Source: an uncultured Actinomycetes bacterium
GTDB taxonomy: Bacteria > Actinomycetota > Thermoleophilia > Gaiellales > Gaiellaceae
Direction of reading: 5' to 3'
DNA length: 64,000 nt
Assembly: GCA_963736055.1 (NCBI GenBank)
Contig: CAVTNM010000008.1
Span: 1,012,599 to 1,076,598, forward strand
In this document: in pieces, positions 54,680 to 63,639 of the stretch
How the letters are laid out: the number at the start of each line of letters is the position of its first letter
Position numbering within the stretch: the first letter of the stretch is position 1
Made by a program: the position numbers and the translations under genes
The notes under the pieces: model-generated
Database searches by the model: none
Told to the model about the DNA's origin: nothing
The model's input: the letters and a program-made list of their open reading frames with translations, nothing else

Positions 54680-54683
54680 GCAC

Positions 54684-54711
54684 TTCTCACCCCGTTTTCA
54701 GCTCGTTCTCA
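54684..54711 (+). promoter_or_regulatory. Three 11-bp-phased direct repeats TTCTCA-N5-TTTTCA-N5-TTCTCA
   Basis: Hexamers at 54684, 54695 and 54706, 50 nt upstream of ATG 54761. The block 54671-54700 matches 56411-56440 at 27/30 positions. Confidence 0.5.
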
Positions 54712-54760
54712 GTCCGCGCTGCTCTCCTTGGAGCTCGAAGACACGAGCAAGGAGGCATGG

Positions 54761-55033
54761 ATGACAGCGAAGACCGCGCCCACCAGGATCGAGTCCGCAC
54801 GTCGCCGCGCGGCTGCCGCGAAGAAGGGGGCGGTCGCCGCGGCCGCCCTGGCCTTCATTGCCGTCGCGCTGCTCGCGCGCGAGAGCCATCCGGGCCAGGC
54901 GAACAGCTCGTCGTCAGGCGGTCAGCCCAGCCTGAGCTCGACCTCCGAACAGAGCACCGACGACTTCGGTTTCGACTCGGGGTCGGTCGCCCCCTCCACC
55001 GCCACTCCCGATGTCCAGTCGAGCGTTTCCTGA
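54761..55033 (+). CDS. Small single-TM protein with Ser/Thr-rich extracytoplasmic tail
   Basis: AAGGAGG at 54749-54755, then ATG 54761. KKGAVAAAALAFIAVALLA TM segment. The tail is SSSSGGQPSLSSTSEQSTDDFGFDSGSVAPSTATPD. Confidence 0.5.
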   Translation: MTAKTAPTRIESARRRAAAAKKGAVAAAALAFIAVALLARESHPGQANSSSSGGQPSLSSTSEQSTDDFGFDSGSVAPSTATPDVQSSVS

Positions 55034-55886
55034 GCCGCTCTCGTTTCGCGCGATGGGCGTCGACGTGTTCGTCGGCGGGGCGACCGATCCCGAGCAGCGC
55101 GAGATCGTCGGCTTGTTCGAAGCCTGGGAGCGTGTCTTTTCGCGCTTCCGGCCCGAGAGCGAGCTGAACCGCGTCAACAGCGCCCCTGCGGCGGTGCTGA
55201 CGACCTCGAGGCTCTTTGCCTCGGTCGTGCGCGCCGCACTCGGTGCTGCCTCCGCCACAGGCGGTCTCGTCGACCCGACGCTCGGACAGGCGATCGAGGC
55301 AGCAGGCTACGACCGCGATTTCTCCCTCCTCCCGGCCGGCCACGAGCATCCGCTCGGACCGACCGCGCCCGGGCGTTGGTCGGCCCTGCGCCTTCACGGG
55401 CGGCTGCTCTCACGGCCCGTCGGCATGCAGATCGACCTCAACGGCGTCGTGAAGGGTCTGGCCGTCGACGCCTCGCTCGACCTGATTCGCGGCGACGGCT
55501 TCGTCGTTGCGGGGGGCGATGTCGCCGCCCGCGGAGGCGCTGTCGTCGGGCTGCCGCGCGGCGGCGCGCTGAGTCTCCTCTCAGGCGGCGTCGCCACGAG
55601 CGGACGTACGCACAGGCGCTGGCGACGCGGCGGCACCTGGCAGCATCACCTGATCGACCCGCGCACCGGCCGTCCTGCCCGGTCGCGCTGGGATGAGGTG
55701 ACGGTGGTGGCTGCCAGCTGCGTTGCTGCCGATATCGCGGCCAAGGCCGCCTTCCTCCTCTCCCACGAAGGCCCCAACTGGCTCGACGAGCGAGGGCTCC
55801 CGGGCCGATTCGTGGCCGGAGACGAGATCGTCGAGAACCGAGCGTGGTGCGAAGCTCTTCGCTCCCAGAAGGTGAGGGCGGCATGA
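55011..55886 (+). CDS. apbE: FAD:protein FMN transferase (ApbE family)
   Basis: FRAMGVDV...FSRFRPESELNRVN...GGLVDPTLG...IDLNGVVKGLAVD...HHLIDPRTGRP...ADIAAKA. Confidence 0.85.
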   Translation: MSSRAFPEPLSFRAMGVDVFVGGATDPEQREIVGLFEAWERVFSRFRPESELNRVNSAPAAVLTTSRLFASVVRAALGAASATGGLVDPTLGQAIEAAGYDRDFSLLPAGHEHPLGPTAPGRWSALRLHGRLLSRPVGMQIDLNGVVKGLAVDASLDLIRGDGFVVAGGDVAARGGAVVGLPRGGALSLLSGGVATSGRTHRRWRRGGTWQHHLIDPRTGRPARSRWDEVTVVAASCVAADIAAKAAFLLSHEGPNWLDERGLPGRFVAGDEIVENRAWCEALRSQKVRAA

Positions 55887-56419
55887 CCTGGTATGTCGCA
55901 CGCGCAGGCGGAACGCTCGCGTACCTCCTGCTCAGCTCGTCCGTCGTGGTGGGCCTGTTGCTCTCGGGGAAGGCGCACGGGAAGCGCTGGCCGCGGTTCG
56001 CGCTCGAAGACGTGCACCGCTTCCTGGGGCTGCTCACGGGCATCTTCATCCTCGTGCACGGCGGGGCGCTCCTACTCGACGGGTACATGCCGTTCTCGCT
56101 CGCCCAGCTGCTCGTGCCCGGCACCGCTCCGTACCGGCCGCTTGCGGTCTCGCTCGGGGTGGTAGCGGCCGAGCTGCTCGCCGCGCTCGCGCTCACCAAT
56201 CGCTACCGCACCCGGCTCTCGTACGGGTTCTGGCGCCGCGCGCACTACCTCAACTTCGCGGTCTGGGTGCTCGCGCTCGCGCACGGGCTGACTGCGGGAA
56301 CCGACAGATTCACGACCTGGGACCTCGTGCTCTACGCCGGTTCGGCGTGGATCGTCCTGAGCTTGACCGTGCACCGAGCGACCATGCACTCCGCCCGGCC
56401 GGCGGCGCGCGTCTCTTAG
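55883..56419 (+). CDS. Ferric-reductase-like (MsrQ/YedZ-type) haem-b transmembrane protein
   Basis: ATG 55883 overlaps the ApbE stop (ATGA). Six TM segments with conserved His residues (VHRFLG, LVHGG, RRAHYLNF, LAHGL). Confidence 0.7.
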   Translation: MTWYVARAGGTLAYLLLSSSVVVGLLLSGKAHGKRWPRFALEDVHRFLGLLTGIFILVHGGALLLDGYMPFSLAQLLVPGTAPYRPLAVSLGVVAAELLAALALTNRYRTRLSYGFWRRAHYLNFAVWVLALAHGLTAGTDRFTTWDLVLYAGSAWIVLSLTVHRATMHSARPAARVS

Positions 56420-56423
56420 GCAC

Positions 56424-56451
56424 TTCTTACCTCGTTTTCACCCCAATCTCA
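56424..56451 (+). promoter_or_regulatory. Three 11-bp-phased direct repeats TTCTTA-N5-TTTTCA-N5-ATCTCA
   Basis: Hexamers at 56424, 56435 and 56446, 50 nt upstream of ATG 56501. Near-identical to the 54684 site. Confidence 0.5.
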
Positions 56452-56500
56452 GGGCTCCGGTGTTAGCTGAGGATGGACAACGCAGCGAAAGGAGAGCTCG

Positions 56501-57229
56501 ATGGACGTCAAGCGCAAGGTGATCGCCGGGGCTGCGGCTGCGCTCGCGGTCGGCGGCGCCGGTGCAGGAATCGCGGCGACGAAGCTCAGCGACTCGCCGA
56601 GCGCGGAGAGCAAGGCGATAGTCGAGGACGCCGCCAACCAGCTCGGCGTGAAACCGCAGGCGTTGAGCGACGCGATCAAGAAGGCGCTCAGCGATCGGGT
56701 CGACAAAGCTGTCGCCGCGGGCCGCCTGACCAAGGAGCAGGGCGCCGAGCTGAAGAAGCGCATCGCCGCCGACGAGTTTCCGCTCTTCGGTCCGCCTGCA
56801 TTCGGCCCGCACTTCGGGGCGCCGCACCCGTTCTTCCGCGGGCTCCACGCGGCCGCCGACTACCTCGGGCTGACCGAGGCCCAGTTGCGCACACGGCTCA
56901 ACAACGGCAAGACCCTGGCCCAGATCGCGAAGGCGCAGAGCAAGTCCGTCGCCGGCCTCGAGACCGCGATGCAGAAGGACGCCAAGGAGAAGCTCGACGC
57001 CGCGGTCAAGGCGGGGCGGCTCTCCAAGGAGGACGAGACGCGGGTGCTCGAGGATCTGCAGAGCCGGATCGACGACCTCGTCAACGCCCAGCTCCGGATG
57101 CAGTTCCGCGATCACCGCGGCTTCGGCTTCCGTAACCGCGGATTCGACCGCCGGTTCGACCACGCTGGTCCCCCACCGTTCATGCCCGGCGGCGTCGATA
57201 CCGGCACCGGCAGCGACACCGCCGCCTGA
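56501..57229 (+). CDS. Secreted helical-repeat protein (envelope-stress-regulon candidate)
   Basis: GAAAGGAGAG RBS. Signal peptide ...AAALAVGGAGAGIAA. Internal duplication DKAVAAGRLTKEQGAELKKRI / DAAVKAGRLSKEDETRVLEDLQSRI. Gly/Phe/Arg-rich tail. Confidence 0.6.
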   Translation: MDVKRKVIAGAAAALAVGGAGAGIAATKLSDSPSAESKAIVEDAANQLGVKPQALSDAIKKALSDRVDKAVAAGRLTKEQGAELKKRIAADEFPLFGPPAFGPHFGAPHPFFRGLHAAADYLGLTEAQLRTRLNNGKTLAQIAKAQSKSVAGLETAMQKDAKEKLDAAVKAGRLSKEDETRVLEDLQSRIDDLVNAQLRMQFRDHRGFGFRNRGFDRRFDHAGPPPFMPGGVDTGTGSDTAA

Positions 57230-57268
57230 TCAAGCGGTTCTCACGCACGCGCCCGGTACGCTGGGCGC

Positions 57269-58249
57269 GTGCGTGACCTCGCCGAGTCCATCCGCCGCTG
57301 GCGCGCCCGGGGCGACCGGGTGGCGCTGGCGACCGTGGTTGCGACCAGGCGCTCCGCCCCGCGTCCGGTGGGGGCGAAGCTCGCCGTCTCCGAGCGCGGT
57401 GAGCTGCTGGGTTCGGTCTCCGGCGGCTGCGTCGAGAGCGACGTCGCCGTCCAGGCGGCCGATGTGCTCGCCGACGGCAAGCCCCGCCTCCTGACCTACG
57501 GGATCACGGACGACATGGCCCTGGAGGTCGGATTGCCCTGCGGCGGCGAGATCGACGTGTTCGTCGAGCGTTTCGAGGACGAGCTGCCGGACTCGTCGGA
57601 GCCCGCGGTGCAGGTGACCGTGCTGGAGGGCGACCGGGCAGGCGAGCGGCGGCTTCTCGGTCCCGACGCGATCGAGCCGGGACCGAGCCGCGTGCTCGAG
57701 CTCGACGGCGAGACGGTCTTCGCCGAAGTGCTGGGCCCGCCGCCTCGGATCGTCGCGATCGGCGCGATCGACACCGCCGAGGAGCTCTGCCGGGCGGCGA
57801 GCCGGCTGGGCTGGCGCACCGTCGTCACCGACCACCGGCCCGCGCTCACCACCCGCGAACGGCTGCCGAGCCCGGACGAGCTCGTCGTCGCCTGGCCCGA
57901 CGAGGCGCTGGAGCGGCTTGCGCCGGACCGTGACACCGCGATCGTGGTGCTCACCCACGAGGAGCGGATCGACGTCCCGGCGCTCAGCGCGGCGCTGGAG
58001 AGCGGGGCGTTCTACATCGGCGCGATCGGGTCGCGGCGCACGCAGGCGAAACGGCGCGAGCGGCTCCTCGAGGCGGGAGTGGGCGAGGAGGAGCTCGAGC
58101 GGCTCTCCGGCCCGGCCGGCCTCGATCTCGGTGCGCACACTCCGGCGGAGACGGCGCTTTCCATCCTGGCCGAGATCGTGGCGGTGCGCGGCGGCCGCTC
58201 CGGCGGCCGGCTCCGCGAGGGCAGCGGGCGCATTCACAGCACGGCCTGA
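57269..58249 (+). CDS. XdhC/CoxI family molybdoenzyme maturation protein
   Basis: VALATVVATRRSAPRPVGAKLAV...GSVSGGCVE...IVAIGAIDTAEEL...YIGAIGSRRT. Confidence 0.85.
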   Translation: MRDLAESIRRWRARGDRVALATVVATRRSAPRPVGAKLAVSERGELLGSVSGGCVESDVAVQAADVLADGKPRLLTYGITDDMALEVGLPCGGEIDVFVERFEDELPDSSEPAVQVTVLEGDRAGERRLLGPDAIEPGPSRVLELDGETVFAEVLGPPPRIVAIGAIDTAEELCRAASRLGWRTVVTDHRPALTTRERLPSPDELVVAWPDEALERLAPDRDTAIVVLTHEERIDVPALSAALESGAFYIGAIGSRRTQAKRRERLLEAGVGEEELERLSGPAGLDLGAHTPAETALSILAEIVAVRGGRSGGRLREGSGRIHSTA

Positions 58250-59119
58250 GTGCTCGCCGTCCTGCTCGCGTGCGCCTCGGCGGCGCTGTTCGGTGCCATG
58301 GCGGTCGCGATTCGCTTCGCGCTGCGCCGCACGGACGACCCCGTGCTCGGCGCGCTCTCGACCACGACGGTCGCACTCGCGGTGACCGTCGCGATCGGCC
58401 TCGTCTCCGCCACGGGCGAAGGCCTCCATGCCTCCGACCTCTGGCCGTTCTTGCTCGCAGGCGCCATCGCGCCGGGTCTTTCGCAGGTGCTGTTCACGCA
58501 GGCGGTGCGGCAGTCGGGCGCCGCCCGGACCGCCGTGCTGATGGGAACGGCGCCGCTCGCCTCCGTCGCGATCGCGCTGATCGTGCTCGGCGAGCCTCTG
58601 CGGGCGCCGCTCCTGATCGGCGCGGCGCTGATCGTCGCCGGCGGAGTCGCTCTGGCCGGGGAGCGCGTGCGGCCTGCGGATTTCCGGCGCCTGGGGATGC
58701 TCTACGCCGTGGCGGCGACGGTGATGTTCGCGATCCGCGACAACCTGCTTCGCTGGCTCGCGGGACACACCGACGCCCACGCGCTCGTGACGGCACCGGT
58801 GACGCTGCTCGCGGGGGCGTCGACGATCGCGCTCTACCTCGTTGCGACTCGCGGTCGAGGGTGGGCGAGCGGCTTCGGGCAGACCGTGCGGGTGTTCCTG
58901 CCGTCGGGGCTGCTCTTCGGCCTCTCGTATACGGCGCTCTTCGAGGCGTACTACCGCGGGCGCGTGACGGTCGTCGCGCCGCTCGTCGCGACCGAGTCGC
59001 TCTGGGGCGTCCTCTTCGCGGCGCTGCTCCTGAGGCGAAGCGAGCTCGTGGGGCGCCGGCTGGTGGTCGGCGCGGCGCTGATCGTGGCGGGCGGCGTGCT
59101 GATCGGCTCGTGGCGATAA
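58250..59119 (+). CDS. DMT (EamA-like) family transporter
   Basis: GTG 58250 begins immediately after the XdhC stop codon (TGA 58247-58249). Ten hydrophobic segments in two EamA-like halves (..LGEPL..LIGAALIVAGGV.. occurs twice). Confidence 0.8.
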   Translation: MLAVLLACASAALFGAMAVAIRFALRRTDDPVLGALSTTTVALAVTVAIGLVSATGEGLHASDLWPFLLAGAIAPGLSQVLFTQAVRQSGAARTAVLMGTAPLASVAIALIVLGEPLRAPLLIGAALIVAGGVALAGERVRPADFRRLGMLYAVAATVMFAIRDNLLRWLAGHTDAHALVTAPVTLLAGASTIALYLVATRGRGWASGFGQTVRVFLPSGLLFGLSYTALFEAYYRGRVTVVAPLVATESLWGVLFAALLLRRSELVGRRLVVGAALIVAGGVLIGSWR

Positions 59120-59126
59120 TTCCCGC

Positions 59127-60518
59127 GTGGGTTGGCTGAGCGAGCTCGTCGAGCAGCGGGGCGCCGAGGCGCTCGACCTCCACGCGCAGACGATCAATCC
59201 GCAGTTCGTCCGGCTGCTGCGGACGATCGGCTTCGACCGGCAGTGGGCCCGCGCCGAGGGCGCCTACCTCTGGGACTCCGACGGCAACCGCTACCTCGAC
59301 GTGCTCGGCGGCTTCGGGATGTTCAACGTCGGCCGCAACAACCCGCGGATCCGCGAGGCGCTGGTCGAGGCGCTGGAGCTTCGGCGCCCGGGCTCGGTGC
59401 AGCTCGGCGTCGATGTGCTTCCGGCTCTGCTGGCCGAGGAGTTGCTGCGACGCGTCCCGGCGAGCCTCGAGCGGGTGCTCTTCACGAGCTCGGGCACCGA
59501 GGCGGTCGAGGCGGCGCTCAAGCTCGGCCGCGCCGCGACGGGCCGTTCGCGCGTTCTCTCCGTCGAGCACGGTTTCCACGGGCTGACGCTCGGCGCGCTA
59601 TCGGCGAACGCGAGCCCGGAGTTCACCTCCCGTTTCGGGCCGCTGGTTCCCGGCTTCGAGCGCGTGCCCTGGAACGATCTTCGTGCACTGGAGCACAAGC
59701 TCGGTTCGGAGGACGTGGCCCTGTTGATCGTCGAGCCGGTTCAGGGCAAGGGGGTCAACGTCGCGCCGGACGGGTACCTCGAAGGGGCTCAGGAGCTGTG
59801 CCGCCGCTACGGGACACTCTTCTGCGTCGACGAGGTGCAGACGGGCTTCGGCCGCACCGGGCGCATGTTTGCCCTCGAGCACTGGGGGCTCGAGCCCGAC
59901 CTGGTCACCGTCGCGAAGTCGCTCTCGGGCGGCTACGTGCCCGTGGGCGCGCTGCTGATGAGCTCACGGGTCTACGACGGGGTCTTCGACTCGCTGCCGA
60001 ACGCAGTCAGCCACGGCTCGACCTTCGCCCCGAACGACCTCGCGATGGTGGCCGGCCTGGCGACGCTGCGCGAGCTGGACGAGCAGGGCCTGGTCGAGCG
60101 CTCGGCTGAGCTCGGCGCGGAGCTGCTCGACCGCACGAGGCCGCTGGTCGAGCGCTCCGAGGTGGTGCGCGACGTGCGCGGTCTCGGCCTGATGTGGGCG
60201 ATCGAGTTCGAGGAGCCGCCGGGCGGCTCCCGCACCTGGAAGCTGCTCGAGCGGATCCAGCCCGGGCTCTTCTCGCAGCTCGTGGTGGTGCCGCTCTTCC
60301 GCGACCACCGCATCCTCAGCCAGGTGGCCGGGCACGGGCTGAACGTCGTGAAGGCGCTGCCGCCACTCGTGGTCACCGAGGACGACCTCGACTGGTTCGT
60401 TTCTGCTCTCGAGGACACGATCACACGGGCCGAGCGCATGCCCCGAGCGCTCGTCCGCTTCGCCCTCGGCGCGGCCCGGGCCGGGCGGACGCCGCGGCGG
60501 CGAGTCGCGCGCGTCTAG
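59127..60518 (+). CDS. Class III PLP aminotransferase (acetylornithine/putrescine/GABA-type)
   Basis: YLDVLGGFGMFNVG...SGTEAVEAALKL...DEVQTGFGRTG...DLVTVAKSLSGG. Confidence 0.88.
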   Translation: MGWLSELVEQRGAEALDLHAQTINPQFVRLLRTIGFDRQWARAEGAYLWDSDGNRYLDVLGGFGMFNVGRNNPRIREALVEALELRRPGSVQLGVDVLPALLAEELLRRVPASLERVLFTSSGTEAVEAALKLGRAATGRSRVLSVEHGFHGLTLGALSANASPEFTSRFGPLVPGFERVPWNDLRALEHKLGSEDVALLIVEPVQGKGVNVAPDGYLEGAQELCRRYGTLFCVDEVQTGFGRTGRMFALEHWGLEPDLVTVAKSLSGGYVPVGALLMSSRVYDGVFDSLPNAVSHGSTFAPNDLAMVAGLATLRELDEQGLVERSAELGAELLDRTRPLVERSEVVRDVRGLGLMWAIEFEEPPGGSRTWKLLERIQPGLFSQLVVVPLFRDHRILSQVAGHGLNVVKALPPLVVTEDDLDWFVSALEDTITRAERMPRALVRFALGAARAGRTPRRRVARV

Positions 60519-60520
60519 TT

Positions 60521-61270
60521 CTACCCCTCGGTCGGCTCCCAGCGGAAGTAGCGCAGCGCCACGATCACGCCCAGCGCGCCCCATGCCGCGACGACGGCGA
60601 CATTCGTCCCCTGGGTCCAGATCGCCTCGCCGTGCAGCATCACGTTGCGCGTCAGCCGGAGGAAGTAGGTCAGCGGCAGCACGTCGGCGATCCCGCGCAG
60701 CACGGAGGGGAAGTGGCGCGGCGAGAAGAAGGCTCCCGCGATGAACGCCGTCGGCAGGTAGATCGCATTCACGACCGCGGAGGCGCCCTCGGCGCTGCGG
60801 ATCAGCGCCGTAATGCCGACTCCGAGGCCACAGAACGCGATCGCGCCGAGCAGCAGGGCGAGCACCAGCGACCCGAGGCGGTCCGGGACGGGGATCCCGA
60901 AGAGCACCCGTCCCAGGAAGATGATCCCGACGACCTCGAGCGCGAAGGCGAGCAGGAAGGCCGAGAGCAGCGCGGAGACGTAGGTCCAGGCAGGAAGGGG
61001 AGTGGCCCGCAGCCGCTTCAGGATCCCGTTCTCGCGCCGGATCACGAGCACGATCGCAAGGCCGGCGAACGCGATCGAGATCGCGCCGTAGCCGATCATC
61101 CCCGCCTCCAGGAATCTCGACCCCTTGACGCCGTCGACCGTGTCGTCGCCGTACGTGGAGCCGAGCAGGACGAAGAAGATCATCGGCAGCAGGAAGGTGA
61201 AGAAGGCGAGCTCGCGGCTGCGCGTGTAGAGCAGCAGCTCGGTCTTGATCTCGTGCCAGAGCACTCTCAT
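60521..61270 (-). CDS. ABC-2 type exporter permease
   Basis: ATG 61270 overlaps the ATPase stop (ATGA). MRVLWHEIKTELLLYTRSRELAFFTFLLPMIFF. Six TM segments. Confidence 0.85.
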   Translation of the reverse strand: MRVLWHEIKTELLLYTRSRELAFFTFLLPMIFFVLLGSTYGDDTVDGVKGSRFLEAGMIGYGAISIAFAGLAIVLVIRRENGILKRLRATPLPAWTYVSALLSAFLLAFALEVVGIIFLGRVLFGIPVPDRLGSLVLALLLGAIAFCGLGVGITALIRSAEGASAVVNAIYLPTAFIAGAFFSPRHFPSVLRGIADVLPLTYFLRLTRNVMLHGEAIWTQGTNVAVVAAWGALGVIVALRYFRWEPTEG

Positions 61271-62119
61271 CGCGTCTCGGCCTCCTCCGTCAGCGAGAGG
61301 TAGACCTCCTCGAGGGTGGGACGGCGGACGACGAGGCCGTCGAGCTCCCTCCCCTGGCCCAGCGCCTGCTCGGTCAGCTCGTGCAGAAGCCTCGTGGGCT
61401 CGTCGGTGTGGAGCACCACCTCGCGGCCGTTGTCGCGGTAGCGGATCTCCGTCTGGTGCACGGCGCCGGTCAGCTCGGCGGGCGTGCCCGAGGCGACGAT
61501 CTCGCCCTGCCGCAGCACGGCGACGCGGTCGGCCAGCTGCTCGGCCTCGTCGAGGTAGTGCGTGGTGAGCAGGATCGTCTTGCCGAGGCTGCGCAGGCCG
61601 CGGATCGTCTCCCAGGCGCGGCGCCTCGCGGCGGGGTCGAAGCCGGTGGTGGGCTCGTCCAGGAAGATCAGCTCGGGGTCGCCGACGAGCGCCAGGCCGA
61701 GATCCAGGCGGCGGCGCTGACCGCCGGAGAGCCGACGCACGCGGGTGTCCCGCTGCTCCTCCAGGCCGACGAGCGTCACCACCTCGTCCAGCGGCCGGGG
61801 CTGTTCGTAGTAGCCGGCGAAGACGCGCGAGCATCTCCGCGACCGTGAGCGTCTCGTACATCGCCGACGACTGCAGGACGACGCCGATCTGCTCGCGCCA
61901 GTCGCCGCCGGCAGTCGCCGGGTCGACGCCGAGCACCTCGACCTCTCCGCCGTCCCGCTTGCGGTAGCCCTCGAGGATCTCGACCGTGGTCGTCTTGCCC
62001 GCGCCGTTGGGCCCCAGCAGCCCGAAGACCTCGCCGCGGGCGACCTCGAAGCTGATCCCGCGCACCGCTTCGAGCGCGCCGTACGATCTGCGCAGGTCGC
62101 GGACGGCGATCGCGCTCAT
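61267..62119 (-). pseudogene. ABC-2 exporter ATP-binding protein (DrrA-like), 1-nt frameshift
   Basis: N-part GPNGAGKTT...YETLTVAEMLA. The +1 frame continues VFAGYYEQPRPLDEVVTLVGLEE...LSGGQRRRLDLGLAL...IFLDEPTTGFD (ORF 61267..61782). Junction at about 61824-61829. The span is 853 nt, which is 3n+1. Confidence 0.85.
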
Positions 62120-62527
62120 TCGGGGAGGTCGATCGCGACCATGGCGCCCGGCGGGAACGCGGGCTCAGGGCCGCCGGTGAGCGCGGCGGCGATCTGCGAG
62201 CAGTCGGGCTGGTGGGCCACGACGACCACCGTCTCACCGCGCTCGCCGGCCGCGGCGCGGACGGCGTCTGCGGTGGCCCCCGGGGCAAGCCGCTCGTCGG
62301 GCTCGGCCTCGAGGCCCGCCGGCCGGGCCAGCTCCTGTCCCGTCTCCCGCGCTCGGAGCAGCGGGCTCGTGAGCACCGCGTCCGGCCTCACGCCCGTCGT
62401 CCGCGAGGCGCTTGCCCAGCGCCCGCGCGGTCTCGCGGCCGTCGGCTGTCAGCGGCCGCAGCTCGTCCGGCTCGCCGTCGGCAGCCTCCGCGTGGCGTAC
62501 GAGGTAGAGCTGCACGCGCCGGAGCAT
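62116..62527 (-). pseudogene. sixA: Phosphohistidine phosphatase SixA-like, 1-nt frameshift
   Basis: LYLVRHAEA...RPLTADGRETARALGKRLADDG | VRPDAVLTSPLLRARETG...VVVAHQP. Junction at about 62392-62395. The span is 412 nt, which is 3n+1. The stop overlaps the ATPase ATG. Confidence 0.75.
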
Positions 62528-62547
62528 AGTGGCCGCGCGGCGTGCTG

Positions 62548-63615
<1,068 letters not shown>

Positions 63616-63639
63616 GGGCGGGAAGGCTATCGTCGGCCT

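Noticed and set aside
60521-62119. 532-aa ORF as a fused ABC ATPase-permease
   Set aside because: Only the first 90 or so residues and the last 250 or so are protein-like. The ATPase continues in ORF 61267..61782 after a 1-nt indel, and the permease starts at ATG 61270 (ATGA overlap).
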